Notes under the pieces: generated by a model
The model's input: only the letters and a program-made list of their open reading frames with translations
Told to the model about the DNA's origin: nothing
Database searches by the model: none
Shown: positions 33,951-43,725 of the stretch, piece after piece
How the letters are laid out: every line of letters starts with the position of its first letter
How positions within the stretch are numbered: the stretch's first letter is position 1
Virus record (IMG/VR): IMGVR_UViG_3300042511_000879
Location: 172,072 to 236,071 of that record
Length of the DNA: 64,000 nt
Direction: 5' to 3' (one strand)
Made by a program: the position numbers and the translations under genes

Positions 33951-34891
33951 TCTACTTCAAATCTTTTTGGGTCAAAGTCCAGGGTTTTCTTAATCATATA
34001 GTCACTCAATTTCTCGAGCTCGGTGTTAGCCGCTGGATTTACATCACGACCGTAAAAATCATTAAATAATTGTCTGTATGCCTGAACTGTAGAATCAAAT
34101 GGTACTCCCGGCTGACTGTTACTTTCAATTATATATAGTTTTCCAGATTTATCTTCCATAATATCAAAACAGATATATGGCAAGTCTGAGAATATTTTAC
34201 CGAATTTTTCAACTAGGTCATTAAATTTCTGTGGTATTTTGGTAACGTCCTTTTTAATGTATTTAAACATCATTTGTTCGTCTCCTTTTCCTTCTCCAGA
34301 TTTTGCTTTAGCATTCAATGGGTTTCTTTCCATCCAGAAAAATGGTTTACCCTTAAATGTAATCAATCTGTGTTCGGCTGCTTTGTCAATATATTCTGAA
34401 TAAACATCCAACTTCGAATGGTCTGCATCGTCCCATGATTTCTGGTCCTTAAAGATTTGAATACCAAGTCCTGAGTGTCCTTCTGCTGGTTTTCCAATTA
34501 ATGGGAATCCAATTTTTAGGGCATCTTTTTCATTATGCGCAGTTTTTGGGATGTTTTCATCACCATCAACCAACTTATGAAATTCTGCCTTGGAACCAGA
34601 TTGTTTGATATGTTCTGGTAGGTTATAGACATTTTCTTTTTTAATTAACCCTTCATCTAGGAGCTTTTGAGTTACTTTAGAATTGTATGTAAGGATTGGG
34701 TATTCTGAATTGATGTTAATGTCTTTGTAATTATCAAGTGTTACCTGTACAAAGAAATTATCTCCGGCGAAGTCTTTATAAGACCACCATCTATGCCCAC
34801 TATCAGGATTAATAGCCAAATAGATTTTATGCAAATCGGAATTGTCTTCCTTCTCTGCAATAAACTGTTCAAATAATTTAATTCTTTTCAT
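33947..34891 (-). CDS. ATP-grasp ligase with N-terminal capsid-targeting-like motif
   Basis: IPKT, FPLIGKP..GHSGLGI, EHR, FDIM and IIESNSQPG; starts MKRIKLFEQFIAE. Confidence 0.8.
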   Translation of the reverse strand: MKRIKLFEQFIAEKEDNSDLHKIYLAINPDSGHRWWSYKDFAGDNFFVQVTLDNYKDININSEYPILTYNSKVTQKLLDEGLIKKENVYNLPEHIKQSGSKAEFHKLVDGDENIPKTAHNEKDALKIGFPLIGKPAEGHSGLGIQIFKDQKSWDDADHSKLDVYSEYIDKAAEHRLITFKGKPFFWMERNPLNAKAKSGEGKGDEQMMFKYIKKDVTKIPQKFNDLVEKFGKIFSDLPYICFDIMEDKSGKLYIIESNSQPGVPFDSTVQAYRQLFNDFYGRDVNPAANTELEKLSDYMIKKTLDFDPKRFEVE

Positions 34892-34903
34892 GTATTATAT
34901 ATC

Positions 34904-35359
34904 TTATAAATACGAAGACGAAAGTTCTTTAAGTTGTTTTAATATAGTAGGGTCTTCAATCTTATGAATCACCTTCATTCCGTCTTGTTGTCGACGGATT
35001 CCAATTGCAGTTGTTCCAGAATTAAATTTAATTGTATGCAGTTTTGCGACCTTAGGGTCCATTTCAAAAATGCAACCCGCAAATTGGTCCTCTTGAGTTT
35101 GTAATGGGACTGAAACCCAATAAACCCGATGTGAATTCATAATCTTATCATGTTGGCTCTTTGGAAATGAAAACGAATCGTAATAGATTAAGGGTGCATT
35201 TGTTTTTACCTCAATGTTATATCCATCAATTATCATATCTTTATCCGAATCAAAAACGTTTAGGGATTCCTCGACCTGATGTCCGGAATCCCTAAAGTGT
35301 TTTGCAACTATCTTTTCTCCTAGCATTCCTAGAAGTACTCTTTTGTAATCAACTGCCAT
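34904..35359 (-). CDS. PD-(D/E)xK nuclease-like protein
   Basis: LGE...DMIIDG..IEVKT motif. Confidence 0.6.
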   Translation of the reverse strand: MAVDYKRVLLGMLGEKIVAKHFRDSGHQVEESLNVFDSDKDMIIDGYNIEVKTNAPLIYYDSFSFPKSQHDKIMNSHRVYWVSVPLQTQEDQFAGCIFEMDPKVAKLHTIKFNSGTTAIGIRRQQDGMKVIHKIEDPTILKQLKELSSSYL

Positions 35360-35360
35360 A

Positions 35361-36485
35361 TCAGTGAGAATCTCCTACGTTATTCTTTTCACCATAAATC
35401 AAGTAGTCTGGATTAATTACTTTCGCAACTTTTTGTCTTTCACCAGTAATGTGCTTGATTACAATTCCTTCATGTGGGACTTTAGTACCGTCGATGAAGT
35501 TACCGAAAACCAAACCATCTTGTACCTCTTGATTCCATAATCCTTCATAAAGAACTGTAACATGAGAGAGTTCTAGAACTTCCTCAACAATGTATTCTGT
35601 TAATTCAGGGTCCATATACTTTCCATCAATTGTTAAATCAAATGCAGCAAATCTAGTATCTTTTAAACCATATTCATAGTTCTTTTGAATTCCTGCACCA
35701 TAGATTTCACCATACAAAACAAAACCAGAACCAATTTCTTCGACTGATTTTCTTTTTACAGCTCTCCAAAGTTTTTCTTTGATACCATATTCTTCGGCAG
35801 TTGTTCTCCAAACGTCAGTTGAATAAAATCCTTGAGAATCAGATCCTTTCTCACAATTATGAGAACCATAAATGTACTCGTAGTTAACCCATTCGTCAGC
35901 AATTCTTAAGAATTTTCTTACTCTGTCCCAAAGGGTCAATTTAGATTTCTTTACAATACCATAACGTGCATTTGTTCCGTGCAATTTTCTGGTGATTTGA
36001 ACCTCATCCGCTTCAGTAAATAATCCAGCCACATTTTTCAAGTTTGGAAACTTGTAGTAGATATGGAAGTTTTGGTTATCTCTCCATTTGATTTTTCTAC
36101 CAGATGCTAATTGGATTTGTTTAACTGGTGGCTCATATTTAGTGATACCTAACTCTTCCATTAAATCCTTTCCTTCTACAATAGATTTTGCTCTAATATA
36201 TGTAACTGGAATGATTAAACATTCTGAATAGACTCCACGCAATTTTACAGTTCGGACTCTTGTACCTTTTCTTAGGTAGTTTGCAACTCCCATTTTTTCA
36301 GAAAGGGCTTCAGGTATTACTGCATCTGTTGTTGCAATTACTGTTAGGGAACCTTCTCTAAATTCACCTTTCTTTGTGATGGCATTCCATCCACCTGCGA
36401 TAACTAATTCGATGTTATCTGCTCCTTCGATTGCTCGAACTTCATTTATTTTTGCTACGTAGCAAACTGAATTTTGATTTTCCAT
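35361..36485 (-). CDS. ATP-dependent RNA ligase (DRB0094/Rnl2-like) with N-terminal OB-like domain
   Basis: GADNIE..GW, KLRGVYSECL, motif I KLHGTN, YGEIYG.GIQK, FD, EGIVIK and KVINPDYL. Confidence 0.9.
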   Translation of the reverse strand: MENQNSVCYVAKINEVRAIEGADNIELVIAGGWNAITKKGEFREGSLTVIATTDAVIPEALSEKMGVANYLRKGTRVRTVKLRGVYSECLIIPVTYIRAKSIVEGKDLMEELGITKYEPPVKQIQLASGRKIKWRDNQNFHIYYKFPNLKNVAGLFTEADEVQITRKLHGTNARYGIVKKSKLTLWDRVRKFLRIADEWVNYEYIYGSHNCEKGSDSQGFYSTDVWRTTAEEYGIKEKLWRAVKRKSVEEIGSGFVLYGEIYGAGIQKNYEYGLKDTRFAAFDLTIDGKYMDPELTEYIVEEVLELSHVTVLYEGLWNQEVQDGLVFGNFIDGTKVPHEGIVIKHITGERQKVAKVINPDYLIYGEKNNVGDSH

Positions 36486-36871
36486 TATATTAATTCATAT
36501 TTGGTTAATGTGTCTCTTCTCTCTTCTTTGTTAATTCCTATCAAATAGTTCTTAACGTTTTTAACGATTAACTTACTATAAAATGTTCCAATGTATGCTA
36601 ATGTTACCTTCTTTTTTTCTGACGGTCTTGTTTTTAAATCTATTTTAACATTTTTAACATCACTAATTGCGGATAGTATTTGATTTTTATAGCCAGAATT
36701 ACCATCGATTAAATTAATAACTCTATTTGTTAAAATACCATTAACAACTACCCGGATTTGATGGGGTTTATTACCTTTAAGATATGTGATTTGATACTCA
36801 TCATATCCAAGGTGTTTAAACCCTTCATCCGTCTTTTCGTATTTGGCAACTTTAAAAATGTTTTCCATCCT

Positions 36872-37279
36872 TTATAGTTTTACTTCAAATCTTTGTTTCA
36901 TTTTTTCTAATGTTTCTTGCGGAACATTGTGCTCATTTACCCCTCCATGTCGGTTTTCTACGATTAAGGAGTATACTCTATAGTCATATTTTTCAGCCAA
37001 ATCATAGTAGGCTTGCATTTCCCATTCTTGGGTAAATGTGTTTGCTACTGCTATTTTAAGTTCCATTTGCATAAACTCTTCACATCGGATTCTACACCAT
37101 TCATGCGCATCTTTTAATTTAGTTGCATTAAATTCATAAGTACCATTACTCATAAAATACTGGTCTGCTTCTAAACGATAACAATTTAATGATTCTGCCA
37201 GCGTAGATTTTCCAGCTCCTGGTAGTCCTCTTAATAAAAATAGTTCTTTACTCATACCATTGTGATTTTTGTAGTTCAT
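36872..37279 (-). CDS. P-loop kinase (AAA_33, polynucleotide-kinase-like)
   Basis: RGLPGAGKST, EADQYF, VANTF and HNVP..MKQRFE; lies two genes from the RNA ligase. Confidence 0.8.
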   Translation of the reverse strand: MNYKNHNGMSKELFLLRGLPGAGKSTLAESLNCYRLEADQYFMSNGTYEFNATKLKDAHEWCRIRCEEFMQMELKIAVANTFTQEWEMQAYYDLAEKYDYRVYSLIVENRHGGVNEHNVPQETLEKMKQRFEVKL

Positions 37280-37720
37280 AATATTCCTCTTCAGTCATTG
37301 GCCTTTCATTGTAAATTGCTTCTGCGACCAAGAATCCAAATAGGAAAGCCATTAAAGCAATTATCAAAATTACTGCATTTGTATCTTTGTCTCCCATCTT
37401 ATTTGTTGATTTGAGATTCTACTTCTTGAATAAAATCTGATGCTGATACTTTACCTCCAACATTAAATTTCATCAATTCATTTTCAGTGTATTCTCTTGA
37501 ACCGGTCTTCCAGTCATATATTGTAAAAATATCACCTTCAAAATCTACAACCCATTCAACTTGAACTTTATTATCTCCACTTGGCTCATTGTATGTAGGT
37601 TCTCCTAGTGCCTCTAGTAATTGACTATAAGTTGCAACAATATAACCTTGAAGTGATGTTCCTGATTCGTCTGCGTCTTCGATTGAAAGTACCTTAAAAT
37701 TTTTCATAGTGTTTCTTTGT

Positions 37721-37794
37721 TAAAATTAGATATGTAAATATAATCAATAGTTTAGAATCCTGAAAATCTAAAATGTTAATTTTTTGTTAAAGTT
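37721..37794 (-). promoter_or_regulatory. Early-promoter cassette copy
   Basis: Same repeat; contains the stop of 37787..38350 (...QKL*). Confidence 0.75.
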
Positions 37795-38350
37795 TTTGTC
37801 TTCGAAAGCTTAAACTTAATCGAGGTTCTACATCATTTTTTTCTTTTGGAATTCCATGTAAATATATGTCTTGCATACCAGGACCCATAAATAACATAGA
37901 ATTATGTTTTAGTACAACCTCGTATCCAATGTTGGTAAATCTATTAATCAATCTCATTTTACGATTAGAATTGCCGAGTGTAAGTGTCGCAACAATCATT
38001 GGTTGTTCTAGGTCTGGCATTTTGTCGGTATGATCCCTAAAAGAACAATTTCCACTATTATAATAATTAAGAGTGCATGTATTAAAATAATCAGCGTTAA
38101 CAGGTAACTTCTCCTCTAATTCTTTTTTAATTCTTAAAACAGTTTCAGAGTAGTTTTTTCGACCATACTTTTTGCCAAATAGTGTGTATGTAATACCCTT
38201 ATCGGTCATTCTACACATTTTTCTACCACCTCGACCGGGTTTATCAAAACTGGCTTCTACTTTAACACTATCAAAAAGATTTGGATAATTATCAATGTCC
38301 AATATATCTTCAATTAAATAGATGTTGTCAATTAGTTTTATTGCTTTCAT
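37787..38350 (-). CDS. AlkB-family 2OG-Fe(II) dioxygenase
   Basis: FNTCTLNYY, HTD, HGIPK and RLSLSFR motifs. Confidence 0.88.
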   Translation of the reverse strand: MKAIKLIDNIYLIEDILDIDNYPNLFDSVKVEASFDKPGRGGRKMCRMTDKGITYTLFGKKYGRKNYSETVLRIKKELEEKLPVNADYFNTCTLNYYNSGNCSFRDHTDKMPDLEQPMIVATLTLGNSNRKMRLINRFTNIGYEVVLKHNSMLFMGPGMQDIYLHGIPKEKNDVEPRLSLSFRRQKL

Positions 38351-38354
38351 TTAA

Positions 38355-38436
38355 TTAAATTTAATATGTAAATATAAACAAAAAACCTGACACGGTAAAA
38401 TGTCAGGTTAATTATTTTCAAAAAGTTATTAACAAT
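38355..38436 (-). promoter_or_regulatory. Early-promoter cassette with ACCTGACA hairpin
   Basis: ACCTGACA-TTTTACCG-TGTCAGGT-TTTTTG. Confidence 0.8.
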
Positions 38437-38648
38437 TTAACAAACTTCATGTTTTTTAATTTTATGTTGTTTTTTATAGCTCTCTATAAAACTGCCACCA
38501 ACTCCAATCTCATCGATAATATAATTATTCGGAATCATTGGTTTCCTGGCATTCAGATTTATAATTTTATCCGGGTTTTGTTCATTCTCAAACACAATCA
38601 TGTATTTTGTTTTTGAACTGCTAGATTTTCTATAGACAACAACAACCA

Positions 38649-39263
38649 TTACGACATCATATTTTCTTCGATGATTGCTTTACCTCTACGAATACGGTTT
38701 TTAATAGTTTGTAGCGGTAAGTCATGTTTTTCTGCGATTTCTTCGTACTTCATCTCATTAATCAAACGATCAATTACAATTTCACGGTACATTCCTTTCA
38801 GGTTTTCAATTTCAGTAAGAGCACGACCATACTTTGCCATAAGTTCGTCATCTTCCTCAAGGAAATCCTGTTCGGTTTTCATTACGTAATCTTCAATAGC
38901 ACCATTTAATCCTTTTGAGCCACTTACAAATTCACCATTCTCACTTACTTCAACACCGTAATCAGATAGGGCATCCAGGGAGGATTGTTTGTTTCTATTA
39001 TTGATATGTCCTAATGCATCATTGAATGCAATTCGGTACAACCATGTAGTGATCTGGTATTGTGGGTCATATTGATCAATTTTAGTCCACAATTTTGTTA
39101 AAGTGTTTACGGCAATATCTTCAGCCATTTCGCGATCTTTTACTATTTTATTAATATAAGTCGTAAGTCCTGGTTTTACTTTGTAAAAAAGTGCAGTAAA
39201 GTCTGCTTCAGAACGGGTTGATAAAAAATTCTCTGTTAATTCTCTGTAAGATTTAGATGCCAT
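38649..39263 (-). CDS. ECF-type sigma-70 family RNA polymerase sigma factor
   Basis: Region 2 AEDI...TWLYRIAFN; region 4 YEEIAE..PLQTIKNRIRRGK. Confidence 0.9.
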   Translation of the reverse strand: MASKSYRELTENFLSTRSEADFTALFYKVKPGLTTYINKIVKDREMAEDIAVNTLTKLWTKIDQYDPQYQITTWLYRIAFNDALGHINNRNKQSSLDALSDYGVEVSENGEFVSGSKGLNGAIEDYVMKTEQDFLEEDDELMAKYGRALTEIENLKGMYREIVIDRLINEMKYEEIAEKHDLPLQTIKNRIRRGKAIIEENMMS

Positions 39264-39277
39264 ATTTGTTTTTGTTT

Positions 39278-39357
39278 TTTAATTATAATGTAAATATAAT
39301 ACAATTTTTTGAATAGGGAAACACTAGAGTGTTAAAATTTTGTTAAAGTTATTAACA
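39278..39357 (-). promoter_or_regulatory. Early-promoter cassette upstream of the sigma factor
   Basis: Same repeat. Confidence 0.8.
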
Positions 39358-39876
39358 TTATTCTACTTCATTGAAGAGCTCAATTATCTTGGATAATTCT
39401 ACGGGTTTAAATTCCCAAAAGTCACAACAACAATTAATTGTTTTGGTCTTATGGTTACTTGCATACTTTTTATTCGGAAATCCTATGATTGAATAGGCAC
39501 CTTTTGATTTGCGTGGCCATTCAAGGAGAGGCCAATATGAAAGAACTGCGTTCTCTTCTGAAAAGACTTCTAATAGTCCATTAAAAAAGTCAATATCTAG
39601 GGCAGAGGCGGTCTCTTCTAGCTCTTCAAGGGCCTGGTCAAATTCTCCGTCTATATTAATAATAGTCCCGTTCAGGTTTCTAAGGAAATATTCCGCAGTT
39701 TCTGGGTCCCATGCAAAGTTACCTAAAACGTACACTATATCTTCCGGAGAGACTGTTGAATTCCATGATTCAAAAAGAGTTTGATTCATTTCTTGGACAT
39801 CCTCGAAGGGTCTTTTATATGATTTTATGGCACCTGGTCGGCCAAATTGCTGATTTGATGTTACGAATGTTTTCAT
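39358..39876 (-). CDS. Catalytically degenerate metallophosphoesterase-like protein
   Basis: TSNQQFG, LGNF and GEFD replace SDxH, GD and GNHD. Confidence 0.7.
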   Translation of the reverse strand: MKTFVTSNQQFGRPGAIKSYKRPFEDVQEMNQTLFESWNSTVSPEDIVYVLGNFAWDPETAEYFLRNLNGTIINIDGEFDQALEELEETASALDIDFFNGLLEVFSEENAVLSYWPLLEWPRKSKGAYSIIGFPNKKYASNHKTKTINCCCDFWEFKPVELSKIIELFNEVE

Positions 39877-40412
39877 TAAACTATTGCAAATTTTACGTTA
39901 AAATTATCCCACAAATTCTCTAAGAATTTTTGTTCATTTACTGCAGATGAGCCTTTGACGATTCTACCATCCTCACTAACATCAATAAACATATAAATAA
40001 CAAAATCATAAGCAGTTGAATATACTATTGATTGTCCAAATCCTTCTCGTAAGGATGAACCTCTGTCTCCCTTCTTAAATTCGATGGCAATAGTAACCCC
40101 TTCGCTTTGGATTGTCATATCCGGACGGTTTTGAGTCCCCATGAATTGAATTTGTTTCACAGTGGTATTTACATTACCCTCCCATTTAATCATTGTTCTT
40201 GCTTTTTCTTTGGCAAGAGATCTGCTAAAGCCCTTCTTTTCCATGACATATTCTGTCAACTGAGTAAGAAGGTGAGGATAAATAAATTGAATTATTTTAT
40301 CCTCACTTTGATTCTTGTAGCCAATTGTTTCAAAAACATCACGAGTAGTAATGCCGTCTTGGATAGCTTCTAGCAAATCTAAACGTTTTTTAGATTTACT
40401 TGCTAATTTCAT
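39876..40412 (-). CDS. PD-(D/E)xK nuclease-like protein
   Basis: RPDMTI..IAIEFKKG..GQSIVY motif. Confidence 0.65.
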   Translation of the reverse strand: MKLASKSKKRLDLLEAIQDGITTRDVFETIGYKNQSEDKIIQFIYPHLLTQLTEYVMEKKGFSRSLAKEKARTMIKWEGNVNTTVKQIQFMGTQNRPDMTIQSEGVTIAIEFKKGDRGSSLREGFGQSIVYSTAYDFVIYMFIDVSEDGRIVKGSSAVNEQKFLENLWDNFNVKFAIV

Positions 40413-40414
40413 AA

Positions 40415-40933
40415 TTATTGTGCGATTTCTTCTACTGCAACCTCAGGTTTTTCTGCTTCATCAATAGCAACATCAAGTTCTGCTAATTGAACGTGTTTCT
40501 CTTGGATTACCTTGTTAGCCTCAGCCATTTCATTTAAGGCATTTGAGATTTGAGCACCTACATTTGTTAGTAATCTAGTAAAGATTTTAGCTCCATCAAT
40601 ACCAGTACCTGTTATGTTTGTGATAATAGTGTACAATTGATTAAGTTGAACTCCACTAAGTTGAACAGTAGATTCTCCCTTGTCTGCGATTTGGAATTGT
40701 TTCTTTTGGTCTGCTAATGCATCATAAAGGTTAATTACAAAAGCAGCATTTTTAATACTCCACTCGTAATTTTTGTCAATTTGCTTTAAGATAGCGTTAA
40801 TGTTTTGGATGCTTTCAAGATTTACAGAATATTTCTTTTCTGCTAAGTCTTTTTGTGCCTCGTTAACTTCAATTTCTAATTGAGAACGTAGGTCTTTTAA
40901 TTCTGCTGTAGATTTTTGTTTTGCTTTCGCCAT
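40415..40933 (-). CDS. Coiled-coil hypothetical protein
   Basis: Heptad-rich ORF. Confidence 0.55.
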   Translation of the reverse strand: MAKAKQKSTAELKDLRSQLEIEVNEAQKDLAEKKYSVNLESIQNINAILKQIDKNYEWSIKNAAFVINLYDALADQKKQFQIADKGESTVQLSGVQLNQLYTIITNITGTGIDGAKIFTRLLTNVGAQISNALNEMAEANKVIQEKHVQLAELDVAIDEAEKPEVAVEEIAQ

Positions 40934-40960
40934 TTGAATTGTTTTAGGTATTATATATTA

Positions 40961-41440
40961 TTAAAAGTTTTCATTAGTTATTTTACAATCAAAATCAAAA
41001 AAGTTTCTAAATTGTTCATTATCTGCTGAAATTCTTCTGTCAGTTGAATCATTTTTATCATTTCGATCACCTAGGCGCTCTCTACGAATCTCTTCTGGGA
41101 TGTCTAAGTATATTACAAAGACCCTGTTTCTGTAGTCCTGTTCAAGCAGAGTAACAGCCTCAGCATTTAGAATCATCACATCGCATCGCTCAAATTCATC
41201 TTTGGTTAGGCCATATTTCCAACCATTAAATTCTTGCCATTCTGCAAATTCTCCTCTTTCAATTTTAGAATCAAATTCCTCAGTTGTTAGATAATAATAG
41301 TCCTTTCCATGAACTTCGCCCTCTCTAGGTAAACGGGTTGTACATGAAACTCCATACACAAATCCCTTGTCCATCATTCGTTTTCTTAAGTAATCCTTAC
41401 CGGTAGCAGCAGCTCCGACAATTGCAATTTTTCCAGTCAT
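40961..41440 (-). CDS. gmk: Guanylate kinase-like protein
   Basis: GAAATGKD, VSCTTRLPREGEVHGKDYYY and YG motifs. Confidence 0.85.
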   Translation of the reverse strand: MTGKIAIVGAAATGKDYLRKRMMDKGFVYGVSCTTRLPREGEVHGKDYYYLTTEEFDSKIERGEFAEWQEFNGWKYGLTKDEFERCDVMILNAEAVTLLEQDYRNRVFVIYLDIPEEIRRERLGDRNDKNDSTDRRISADNEQFRNFFDFDCKITNENF

Positions 41441-41448
41441 ATAAATAT

Positions 41449-42294
41449 TTATTTTTTAGTGTATGCTTCAGGGCTTGGCATTCCGCTATAGTGACACCAA
41501 GTATCAGAGTCAAATTCAACAAGGTCCCATTTCCGGTCGTACCAAAATCTTCGACCATTGGCATCAACTATATTTGCCATAGTTGGATTTGAGTAACATT
41601 GAAAGAAATGTTCTGGAGCGGCGTCTAATCCAAAGGGGTTTTTCCAGTCTTTAATACTTCCACCTCCCATTACGTAGGCAAGTTGCGGTATTTCTCGGCA
41701 TAAGGTTAAAATGTCAGGGTATTGTTGCAGAATCTCTCTAGCCGGAAGGAATGGATTTGCATCTGCAACTCTATATAAAATCTCAGCTCGTAAGTAGTTT
41801 CCAATTCCATTAAAGTACTTCTGGTTCATCATTACCAAGTGAACTGGTTTATCAAATTCCTTCTTGTCAATATTGTCCATTATGTTTTTTTGGAATCCTT
41901 CAAAGTCCTGTGTGGGGTCTGGTCCTCTGTCCGCTGACCAGTCGCTTTCAACTTTCCACTTTCCAAATCGTCGAACATCTACAAAACTCAGGGTCTTTCC
42001 ACATTCTGAATAGAACTTAAGATGGGCATGTTTTGATTCTTTACCTGTTGGGGTTATTTGAAAATGTCCAGCCATACCCATGTTCATTCTGAGAGAAACA
42101 TATCCGATTGGAGAGATTAAATACACCATCAATTCTTTTCCTCGGCTCTTTGCACTAATTTTAAAAACCGTAGATTCTGCATCAATTTCAACCCCTTTAT
42201 GCACGGGATTCTTTTCAATCTTATTAAAAAAAAGACCTTCAGATACTGTATTAATATACGCTGCTGTAAGTTTAAGTTCTGCTAATTCTGGCAT
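41449..42294 (-). CDS. Fpg/Nei-family DNA glycosylase
   Basis: N-terminal MPELAE, RGK, GMAG, DVRRFG and H2TH NQ..FNGIGNYLRAEIL. Confidence 0.9.
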   Translation of the reverse strand: MPELAELKLTAAYINTVSEGLFFNKIEKNPVHKGVEIDAESTVFKISAKSRGKELMVYLISPIGYVSLRMNMGMAGHFQITPTGKESKHAHLKFYSECGKTLSFVDVRRFGKWKVESDWSADRGPDPTQDFEGFQKNIMDNIDKKEFDKPVHLVMMNQKYFNGIGNYLRAEILYRVADANPFLPAREILQQYPDILTLCREIPQLAYVMGGGSIKDWKNPFGLDAAPEHFFQCYSNPTMANIVDANGRRFWYDRKWDLVEFDSDTWCHYSGMPSPEAYTKK

Positions 42295-43062
42295 ATTAAG
42301 ATTTAAAAAATGAAACAATAAATACTATTAGAAAGAATGGCCAAAATACGGCCAATAAGACATGTTCAAACCTTGTATATGGTTTTAAATGGATTCCAAT
42401 CGGATTACTCTCATTTAACAGTTCTCTTAGTTGGTGCATCCCAAATGAATAGGACACACCAAATAATAAGTACAAAATGATATTGTGTATCATTTTATTT
42501 TTTGCTTGAGGTTGAAGTTCCTTTGAATAGGATTGAAAATAAGAAATTCAATCCAAGAGCTTGCCAAAATGTGATTGGGTGAACTCCATCAACTGCACTA
42601 ATTAAACATCCATTCCATAATAATTGTACTGGCCATGCAAATAAGATTGCAGCCACGACTAATAATGCTATCCCAGCAAAGATTAATCCGATTCCTGTAG
42701 TTAATTTTTCCATAATAATTATATTTGTTCTTCGGGTTTTGTTTCAATTACTAAATAAGTTCCAACCTCAGTACGTTTTACCGTTCCATAGGTTACAAGT
42801 CTCCTAACTACTTCTAAATCGGTTGTAGCCATCAGGTTTAATGTGTGTTCCATGTAGATTACTTTCATATTTTCTTTATTTTAAAGTTTAATACCAACCA
42901 TCCTAAAATTAATGTAGGTATTCCAACCCACCATATCCATTCTCTATTATATTCAATTCCTCCAACTTTACCAAAAAAATAGGACATTGTTGGTATTAAC
43001 CATATAGTCATAGACCCTATTGGATTCGAAAAAATGCTTCGTTTAACTATTTTCATATCTTT

Positions 43063-43725
43063 TTATTTTACTTCGTCAATTTTAGTTATTTCGGCAGTTT
43101 GAAAATCTATTCGGTAGATTCCTAATGGTAATGCTATCTCTTTGTCATACCAACTATATGTATGATTGATAATTATACAGTTGACTCCTTGGATTGTTGG
43201 TGAACTTTTAGGTGCAATTGCATTTCCAGTTCGTAAATCATATATGTAATTACCAATCGAAGCAAGATGTCCTCCTATATGGTATGGATAATCTAAACTT
43301 TCCCTATTTAAACAAATTTCTCCAAGTCTATTAATAATTACATGGGTTCCAAATGAAAAACCATTATCGTTCTTTTTTGGTTGTTTTGTTTTAACGTAAT
43401 TAATTAAAGAGCAATAACCATCTTTAAAAGTTCCGCCAAGTCCGCCTTTACGAAAGATTAAGTCCGATACTTTAAGGTCATTATGATATAGGTGAGAATA
43501 TTTCATCCCTACAATTCTAGAGTTTTCAGATTGTTTTTTTGTAAGAGGAATCGGTCGAAGTTCATATCCATCTCCTAATTTTTGGTATGGATATTTTTCT
43601 ATCGGTTCAGGTTTATGTAAACCTCCAAAGATACTCTCAAGCATTCCACCTGAATTTGAAATAAAAGCATTCATTAATTTTAATCCTTCTAATGCATCAT
43701 CGATGTTTTTTTCTTTATTGCTCAT
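43063..43725 (-). CDS. Hypothetical protein
   Basis: 220-aa ORF in an operon-like run. Confidence 0.55.
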   Translation of the reverse strand: MSNKEKNIDDALEGLKLMNAFISNSGGMLESIFGGLHKPEPIEKYPYQKLGDGYELRPIPLTKKQSENSRIVGMKYSHLYHNDLKVSDLIFRKGGLGGTFKDGYCSLINYVKTKQPKKNDNGFSFGTHVIINRLGEICLNRESLDYPYHIGGHLASIGNYIYDLRTGNAIAPKSSPTIQGVNCIIINHTYSWYDKEIALPLGIYRIDFQTAEITKIDEVK

